Shown here piece after piece: positions 54,301 through 64,000 of a DNA stretch of 64,000 nt. The position numbers and the translations under genes are program-made. Under the pieces are notes generated by a model. The model ran no database searches. It was not told where the DNA came from and saw only the letters and a list, made by a program, of their open reading frames with translations. The stretch is taken from NCBI GenBank assembly GCA_951406725.2, contig OX597830.1, positions 1,364,001 through 1,428,000 on the forward strand, in the 5' to 3' direction. This DNA is from Octopus vulgaris. Lineage: Eukaryota. Positions within the stretch are counted from its first letter, which is position 1. Every line of letters begins with the position of its first letter.

Positions 54301-57300
54301 ATCAGTTTTTTAATTTATTTTCTCTACTGGCGAGAAAATTTTAGATATATTACCGAGAATCTATATTAGTTGTATAATTTGTTGCACAACTTGTTTTATC
54401 ACTTGAAATACATCACTCTAGGCTTAAATTAGATGTTGCACTTTTCACTTCTCTAAACACAGTTACTTTCCGTGGAATATTGTTAATTAACAGTTGCAAA
54501 CTTGGAATCTGTGTAAATCTGAAATTACATTTCATAGTTCCTTCTCTATGTTTGTAGATAAGCTAATTTAGATGGAGCAAAATCACAAAGCGTCCATAAT
54601 TTTCACTCATTACAAGAATCTATGCTGAATAATATCAAGTACCTTATGCCAGGAAAGATATATCGTTTACAATATCACATATATAAATTGTAAATATATC
54701 ATGCCGTAACAGATGAAGCTGTTGAGAAATGAGTTTTGCCTATCGGTATTTGCCACAGAATTGTTGGAAATATTTATCTGAAACTCTGGCTAATGATATT
54801 TGAAATCGTATTTAAAGATAATGCAAATAGTCATTAATAAATATTGCTCTTATAATTAATAGCATATAAATGGTATAGATTTGGGAGAATTGCGAAAATA
54901 CTCAGAGTTCAAACCCCACCAAGGTCAATCTGAATTAAATCGATTAAACTGACTGTCACCCCCAAACCAAGCTTCTGAAACATTTTCCTTAAACAGAAAT
55001 CCTCATTTATAACATCACAAAGGTCTTTTGGTGCCACAGTTGCTGGCGCGTCCTACAGAAATTTGTGCCACATTTATTTAAGAAGCAGTCATTCTTATTG
55101 CAAATCACTCTACGATCCACAGTCTCGCTTTCTGTAGATGTATGGGAATGGAAACCTTAATCTTAGGCTTCATAGACTTTTCGGTTTCCGAAAGGGAGAA
55201 ATTGAATCCAGAGCTACACGGTAACAAAACCACACTTCTATACCAATGGCAATACGGGTCAAATCCGTGGAATACTTGAATGTTTTAATAAAGTGACCTG
55301 AACATAACGATCATTAACAGTGCATAATATAATCACACTTTACATGATGTTACGCTAATACCGAATCAGTATTCTTAATTTAGGAATTTTCTGTAATAAA
55401 ACTTTCTTTTCTTTGTATCAATCTGCAGTGATAGTAAGTTTTTCGAATGTGGCCAAGTATTAGCTTGCAAAAATACATTAGTAACTGCCATTTGAGGTGC
55501 CTTTCTATTGCATAGCACCTTGCATTTGGAGTTCCTATCAGAGCCGCTGATAGTGTTAATACTTCTGTGAGGAATTCGATAAACAGAATCACATCAAAAC
55601 GCTTTTTTATTGCCTTAATGTGCCGCTTTGTTCATCATCAATACCATCTGATAACTACAGCTGTGTATATATCGTTGTTCTAAATGGGAACCGGACGTTA
55701 ACTTCATTTCACCCGACCAACAACCCATGAAATACTGAGGTAGGAGTGGGACGCTGCTCTCTTCCAACTCGCTTTAAATCACGAGAAAAATTGATAAAGC
55801 TACACAATGTTTATTTGATTTGTTCATACAAAACCTTTAAAAAGTGAAATCATGAGAAAATTTTGCTAATAAAATTTGGGATTAAGTTATAACACAATTT
55901 TACATTTATCTCTTATCAGTTAACAAAAGCAATGTATATGCTTTGGTAGTTCTCAGGTCGGTAGCGATACGACGCGTTGGATGGGTACTCTCAAAGCGTC
56001 GGTTGTTAAAATACCCGAGCTTCATAGTCATAGACAGACGGCAAAAATATTCCCAACCCCATAATGTTACGATCATGCGTGCAGCACCTTAACCACTAAG
56101 CTACGGGCCTCCACCAATCAGTGCATATATTAAACGATATATCTAATTCATTTTTAACTATATAGTAGAATCTGTGAAATTTAGTGATGGCCAAAAATAA
56201 TACAAATAATTACTGAAATGAAGAGAATGCAGATGAGGATATGGACAATCGATACACTTTTCTTCTCCATCGAAGAATTCTGCTTGAAATTAATTTTAGA
56301 CGTCGCTTCATCCTGACGTCGCAAATTTTTGTTTCCTTTGAATGACTTTCTTTAAAGTTTAGTTTGCCTTGAGACAGATGTAGAATGTATGACTTATCGA
56401 AGCGAATTCTAGTAAATATTGGAAGATTCATAGGAGAAGCGATTTCTTTTCCAGTAATTTGCTGACTTTTGTAAATTGCGTTCAATTAACAGAAAGTGGC
56501 AGAACCGTCAATGAGATCGTGTGTTGTTCATCAGTAAAAATCTATTCAGTTACTCGTTTGGTAATTTATAAAATTTCTACATACAGCGCAGCACTGAGCC
56601 GGAGTTGTTCCATGTCACAACTGTAGCAAAATTGTAAGTTGCTGTCATTAAATTAGCAAACTTTCCTTGGACAAAATACTTGACATACAAAAAAAATACG
56701 ATTGATATAGATGGATAAACTTTGAACAGCTTTGTTGTTGAACAACAATAAACTAAATTTAAAAATTAAAGAAGCATTAAATGTTTCCTCAGATCTAGTT
56801 TCTGTTTTTCATGTGAAGCTTGGTGAGACATGTTTTTGTTATTTGGTTTTTCATTGACAAACGTTTCTCAATCCCTACAAACATGCGACTGAGCACCAAC
56901 AAAATCCAGGTTGATTTTTTTTTTGTATATGTCTATTTTATTCCGATTTCTGAAGACCCTTTAATTAGCAAATATTGTAATAATTTTTCAATGTGCTTGA
57001 TTGAAAATTATCTTCTCTTAGGAAATAAAAACAAATACAATTTCGATTTGTCTGTCTTATTACAGAAACTGTGTCAGCCCATAGACATTCCCATATATGT
57101 TACGGCCGCATTATACGATAATGCTTGATGTGTTAGAAGATCCGAGCAATGAAACATTTCGTTGTGCTAATATACATTGAGTAATCTAACACACACTAGC
57201 ATCGATATTAATTCTATTACTTGGTTTGTATAAATTTCTATTTCAAGCAAACTACAACAGTTTGAATAGCTTTTATATATTAATCAAGTACACTCTATGT

Positions 57301-58015
57301 TATTTTTACCGTATCATATCTATCAACATATCAGCTAATATTAAGCTTTCAACATCACTCCATTTATACATCCATTGCGCTTTTGGCACAGCACCAATCA
57401 ATTTCTCTTTTATGGCTCTGAAAAAGCTCTTTGGATTTATGTCGGTTCATAGAGGCACAAATAACTAACACATTAGTTATAATTATGCTCACCATCATGT
57501 TCTTTGAATATATTCATTTTAGAGACAAATGCCTACTGTGTAATCTAAATCAAACATTAAATAACGTTCTTTAAATCTAAAAATCATTTCACTTTTGTAG
57601 GTTTTATCTTCTCTAAATTGCTAATATAAAATCAATCCTTATGTAAAAAACAACAAAAAAAAAACTTCCATGATATCTTAGGTAACATGGTAACATTTCA
57701 ATATGGCGTGTGGTTTGAACATAAAATTTCCGTTTAAACCCAGAATCAACTCATTTTTACTTTTATTGAATTTTTACCCATTTCAGCTACATTCCTATTT
57801 CATTCAAAACTATCATCATTAAGTGCTATCTTCGGATTATGGATTGAAAATACGTTTTGATGTTAAATTGTAACCCAACAAGCTTGAAACATGGTAGGCA
57901 ATCTGGCCATAAATCATTAACTCTCATAAGTTTCTTATAAAAACGTGTTGATATTTATACAGTCTCGGTTGGCACCCACGAATCGTACAAGTAACAGCTC
58001 ATACTATTTGGCCAT

Positions 58016-58250
58016 GTGGCTCGATTTTCCGAGTTATACCCTGCTTACAGTGTTCTTTTCACTGAGGATCCAGCTGGGTTGACTGCTCATGTAGGTCCAT
58101 CACATGACATATGGTTATGGAAATTAAGGAGGCCCCTCGCAGAGATGGTGACTGACTGGAACACTGCTGGAAAGGTTGCCCAGGAGGGCCCTGGGATATA
58201 CCGACAAATGGTGAATGCAACAACGTTCTGCAGTGGTACATATCCCCACC
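58016..58250 (+). mobile_element. Possible ancient RTE-type LINE 3' fragment
   Basis: GC-richer island loosely resembling RTE C-terminal sequence; recognised from memory only, with no clean motif. Confidence 0.25.
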
Positions 58251-58637
58251 TACACACACACATGACCTGGCATTTTTACTTTCACCTTCATGTATCATCA
58301 TTTAAGAATATTTTTAATTTCCTCATCATTTCATTATAATATTGTTCGTTTGAAGCAGTATTTCTTAAAACATTCACAAGAATAAACATTATTTTCTCGA
58401 TTTTAATCTTCACATTTTATTGTAAATAAACATTAAAAGCGAGAAAACAAATATCAACAACACATCACCAGGATACAATACTAAGATGTGAAAAGATAAG
58501 TAGAATATTTAAGATGAAGCAGAATGCGGTAGAGTTGCCCGACATTTTTGAACATATATTTAAGACAAGGAATGCTACTCAAAGAGCTACCTTCGAAGTT
58601 GTATCATGTTATCAGCCTCATGTATGCAAACTGTATC

Positions 58638-58679
<42 letters not shown>

Positions 58680-58823
58680 AACATAATAAATAACAATGGG
58701 GTAATAAGAAATTATTATTACCAGTGGCCTAGCACAGAAACGAATTAGTCATTAGACTATATATTATCCACATAGAAATACAATAATACAATTATTGTAT
58801 TTATATATATGTGTGTGTGTATT

Positions 58824-59066
58824 CAGCGGTGGCAAAAGTAGGTATACAGTTATGGAAAAAGAAAATGCATACTATACTCATGTATTTTCGAAGAAAAAAG
58901 CAATAAGTCACGATAAAAGTATTATTATATAATTCATGATAAATGTATTATGATTAATGGCACAGAAAACATAAAAAATGCGGCTAACTGAATTGTTTGA
59001 TAAAACTAAATGAGTATTGTACGTGTTTCCTTTCTTCATAACTGTCTACCTACTTTTACAATCCTG
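58824..59066. mobile_element. Tc1/mariner-type MITE
   Basis: TIRs cagcggtggcaaaagtaggtatacagttatg / cataactgtctacctacttttacaatcctg; no ORF. Confidence 0.7.
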
Positions 59067-61041
59067 TGTATAGATCTAATTGGTTAATGGAACAAAAAAC
59101 ATAGGTGGGCTTTTGTCAAAGTGGCACCAGCTTCTTTAAGTGACATCATTATACAGAGGCGTTCGCATTTGATTGAAAGCGTAAATTGTAAATATGTTAA
59201 TTACATATAGTCAGTAGCAGGTTAATCTTGAAGATATTCAGACGTATTTTAAAATATCATCTGGTGAGTAATATTGAAAGGCTTCACAAAAACATTTCAA
59301 ATATTACACTAGACATAACAAATAAACAAGAGGGGGAATGTCTAAGAATTATATTTTAATCGCCAGACATACGATTAAAACACGAGTGTATAAACTGTGA
59401 ACTGTTTATAAAGACGGAAGTCTTGAAGACTAGATCATTTCATTTGATAGCTTATTTCATTTTCTTTGGAATTTGATATTTTCAATTTACTAAACAAAAC
59501 TGTTTTAAGAACTATCATCACGAATTTCAATTTAAAAATTAAGTACGAAGCAGAAGCAACGATTCTATTGGGCTTTCGGTGAGACTTACAAATTCGGTTT
59601 TAAAGAGATTTTAATTTCATTCCTCTCCAATTAGATTTGAAAACATCTAAAATTTCATTCATTTGAAATATGAAACCAAACCGGCCATTAATTTTGGAAC
59701 TTCAATATCTCTTCCAACGAGAATTCTTCCATCTTATGTTTATCATACTCTTTATATGCAGGGACATAATCCTTCTCTGTATAAGCAGTGATAAATAAAT
59801 GTGTATGTGGTGTGTGTGCTTTTATCTGTCTGTCGGTCTCTTGTCTGTGTGTATGTGTATGCATGTGATTCTGAAAATAACGTATTTGGTAAAGAATTTA
59901 TCAACGAAGAGTTAAACTTATGAAATTAGTATTTCCCCTTTGTTCCTCAGTCCATATTTTATATATTTAGAGTTTAATCTGGAAACACATATAGCACTGC
60001 AGTAATCATATAAAATCTTCAGTTAATGTTACGCTGCGATGTGATGTGCATCGCCAATTTGATATCCATTAAACACCGTGTCATAAACATGTAAACACAC
60101 TGTGTATCTAAAGCAAGTCGAATCTGTAATACAAGTTCAGTTTCAGGGTGTCATCTCCGTTAATCGTCATAAGTAGCATTTCCAACCATTGTCAATAACT
60201 TAAGTTTAACTATCTCCAGTAAACTCAGATGTTCTTGGTGTGTTACATGAGACCAAATTATCCAACAGCAATCCAACAGCTATTAAACATCCAGATGGAG
60301 TTTTTTTCTTTTCACATATTAATAAGGCCCCACATTAGATATCTTTAAATTACACTTTTCTTCTGAATGTGATAAAACTAAAGTCCATTTTACTATCGTT
60401 AATAAAATACGGTAATATTTATCAAACAAGACTACCTGCCGCCAGCTACACATTTTATATAAGGCATTGTGGTTTAAATCATAGAAAAATCCAATATACC
60501 CGCACACACATCTATCTATCTATCTATATACATATGTATGTGTGTGTGTGTGTGTGTGTATGTAATGTATATTTATTCGTTAAGTGAGATTTGGCTCTCA
60601 AACCTTTAAATTAGAGGGATTTGGCTATTATTTCTAGCAGGTCGACTAACAAAGTAGACGCTTCCCAAAGGCTATACTAAATTTATTAGAATACAGTATA
60701 TTTACATAAAATTTGTCCAACATTTCTCAATTTTTCTCCTAAAGTTTTTTATTTTAAGTCTTGTATATATTTTGCTTTCATTTTTGAAAAACATTGTTTT
60801 GTTAACTATCGAAATTACACTCGACGTACAGCTAGCTTTGTTAGAGACTTTAATGTTAACACAATCAATTAATCCAAAATGCTTTTATGTTAAAAAATCT
60901 AAGTAATTAAATTACAAGTGACTAAGCAAGATTAATGGAGAACTAACTTAATTTGGTTGTTTAGGACACTTGAAAGATTTCATAGAATATCAACTAAAAA
61001 GAAAATACAGTGAATGTAGCTTTCCAAGACTATTTTCTTGA

Positions 61042-61266
61042 GTTGATCATCCAGTCGGTTATGTGAGAGCAGACATACAAGTTGATCCAGTCGGTTATGT
61101 GAGAGCAGACATACAAGTTGATCCAGTCGGTTATGTGAGAGCAGACATACAAGTTGATCCAGTCGGTTATGTGAGAGCAGACATACAAGTTGATCCAGTC
61201 GGTTATGTGAGAGCAGACATACAAGTTGATCCAGTCGGTTATGTGAGAGCAGACATACAAGTTGAT
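61042..61266. repeat. 36-bp minisatellite, about 6 copies
   Basis: gttgatccagtcggttatgtgagagcagacatacaa repeated exactly at 61081, 61117, 61153, 61189 and 61225, plus a variant first copy; no spacers. Confidence 0.95.
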
Positions 61267-64000
61267 TCGTTAGCAACAGAACGAATATAAATTGCGGAAT
61301 TTGCTAATCAAGGTTCTTATTCAGTTATTTACCATTTAGTTGGGTTCCACTGATATTTTTAAACTTGGAATAAAACAAAAATTTAATGTGAAACCTAGCT
61401 TCACTGAATCATGTTCTTTCGCAGCAGATACATTTCATATCTATGAGAATGCAGTGCAATCTTCCTACATTCTAACATTTCCCCAAAATATTATGTGCAT
61501 ACGTGAGTTTAATCGACTTTAATAAGGAATTGAAACTGCCTGAAATTTGGTCTTCAAGAATTGTCCTACCATTATATATATGTTGTATTATGGATTAGTC
61601 CAAAGAGTAGGAATTTTCATGATAATTTTCAGGTTTACTCTAACTTGTGCAAGGAAAAGGAAGGACGGATTTCTTCAAAAGAGATATGTATGAAAGGCTT
61701 CCAACAGACTGAATGACAGTAAAGGCCCCCTTAAAGACCGCAGTGATGGGCTTAAACCGGCTGAGAGATGAATTCCACGCTCTAAGAACGAGAATACTCC
61801 GTTCTGTGGAGTTGCCCCCAATTTCCGTCCGCCGAAACTCTAACAGAAGAGCTTGGCATACCCTAAGCTATGGTAGAATATATATGCTCTAGAGGCAGTA
61901 ACATGTTATCTATACGGAAAGAAGGAATCTGACAAAGAAACTTGTTAACTACATCTCATGCTTGCGTGCGCAACAATAAAGTATGATATAGTACTGTTCT
62001 TAACCACACACCATTTCTGTGTACGTAATAAAATATTACATGGTATTTTATACTTGGTATATGCAGCAAACGAATCTATGTTTCTTAGAAGAGAATATTA
62101 TATTCTTACAAAATTTATTGTTAAGTGTTTGATAGCTTCAATAAACGAAAATCCTTTAAAAACATACAGTAGACTTTATTGATTGTTGCTTTCATTGACT
62201 TATTTGTTGTAAAGAAATCAACACATAATTATGATAAATCTTCTACAAAATTGCTGGCCTTTGTTGCTCTCAAAACTGAGTTTCTTTATAGAAAATATGC
62301 AGATTGGCAATGAATAGGTAAATGCATAAACCTACATTACATTATTCTTAGGCTGCATTAATCAAATGATGTATAGCAATATTCATCTAGATATACATAA
62401 ATTCATATGCACACTATAATATTCATATATATAAATTTATGAATATATGCAATGTGAGTATATTTGAGGATGTGTTAGCATAAATAAAATATATAAGAAT
62501 TATATGCAATGCATAAGTCAGAAAATATGTCTACATATGCATGTATGAATAAATATATGTATATATATAGGAAAGGTCACAGCAAAATAAACAATACTTT
62601 TTTCACAATGTGCAGAGATTTTTTATTACACTTTGAACTAAAATCTGGTGTGAAACCAAGCAAATTTTACAGTCTTCAGCAGAGAACGAAAAATCATATG
62701 GCCTTCGTGATTTCATACTTTTTAACTCTTGAAGTACAAAGGGTTTTCTCTGTCTTTAATGAGAAATCAGCCATTTTCTCATCCAATACTGCATAAGACG
62801 TTAATATGTTTCGTTTGTGATCATATTTTTGAACTAAAAGAGAGCCTCAGTTGGTTTGCTGTCCTTTAGAAATAGCGGCTAAATTTCTTTCAATTCAAAA
62901 GTCTCCATCTTTGAAAGGCAAAGGACAGTGGACAAAATATGTCCCAGAAATGGAATAAATTAGTTGTGAGTTTGGAAAATAAAATACTTGACGATTTTAT
63001 CATAGGTTTAGGTTGAACTTATGTTGAATTCTTTGAACATTTGACAGGCTCTCGGGAACAAGTAGAAGGAACAGAGACTGATCTGGAAATGCATCAAACA
63101 CTTGCAAATGGCTGCGAAAACGTACGGCACTTGGGTCACGCAGTGTAATTAACGCAAGTGACTGATTGAGACACCTTCCTAATGCTATGTGCATCTGGAT
63201 CGAACGCAAAACATGACGTTGTCCAGAAAGTGTCCAAATCACACAGTCGTTTGCGTAAGTATCACAATGTCTGTGTAAAAATTTCACGTATTTGTGCTTG
63301 TGAGTTCGTAAGGAAAGACAGGTGTAACATTTGTATGTGTGTGCTTGATTGTTTTGGAGGAGAGAGAGAGAGGGAGAGAGAGAGAGAGAAAGAGAGGGAG
63401 AGAGGGAAATAATTTTGCCATTACACAGGGATTTCAGAAATACATGACAGCTATATATGAGTGTGACAAACATACATAATCTCTATTATTTTTCTAGAGT
63501 AAACCGTTTTTCTTTGATAACAACAAGCACTAAGATTTAATTTTTAGTAACAGAGACTTCACTAATAAATCTAAACCCGAATTTGTTTGTCATTTTCTAA
63601 ATATCAAATGATAATTATAATTTGGTGCAAATATTTCAATGTTCGACCATGGATACAGTTATATTTGAGTGGAGACAGTTCGAAATGTTCTTGTGAAATA
63701 AAGCAGCACACGTGTGCCCCTGGTGAGGGATAGAAATCTCAAATTGGGATCAATGATAAGAGGTGGAATGACCAATCATATTGCAGTTGCCGTGAAAAAT
63801 CTGAGATTATCGTTAGAACAATAAAAAGAGCATTTACAGAGATCGATAATGACACACCTTGAAATCGCTTCAGTTGTACGATGGGACTCTATATCAAATA
63901 TAATGTTATTACTTGGAGACCATGCTTTATCGAGAATTAGAATCTGGTTGGGAACATGCAGCATTAGAGGAGCTCTGCTATAAGGCCAGTTATAGAACGT

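Noticed and set aside
61042-61266. 36-bp repeats as a CRISPR array
   Set aside because: Units are directly adjacent with no spacers.

Overview
Eukaryotic, AT- and microsatellite-rich window with no supportable host protein-coding gene; the SINE/LINE repertoire looks like an octopus (coleoid cephalopod) genome (inference from repeat-family resemblance, not verified). The first ~22 kb is a (TA)n array holding six same-orientation copies of two related CR1-group LINE families. Their ORF1 combines a Myb/SANT-like (trihelix-type) N-terminus with a CCCH zinc finger and overlaps ORF2 in the -1 frame at a conserved U-rich hairpin. A seventh copy lies at 42.5-43.7 kb, also abutting (TA)n. The window also holds a 5'-truncated Naiad-like Penelope element with a hammerhead ribozyme (HHR) in its 3' region. 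Five further HHR or HHR-like motifs sit in non-coding elements: a 586-bp unit with 50-bp terminal redundancy, three long foldbacks and one decayed copy, suggesting a set of retrozyme-like RNAs. Other elements are a near full-length Tx1-like LINE inserted with a 14-bp TSD into the tRNA-derived head of a SINE, two apparent LINE/SINE 3'-tail partnerships, R4/Dong-like fragments, two maT-type Tc1/mariner relics, MITE-like foldbacks and a 36-bp minisatellite. All IYIY-type ORFs are microsatellite artefacts. All structures and alignments were read by eye; none has been computed or tested.
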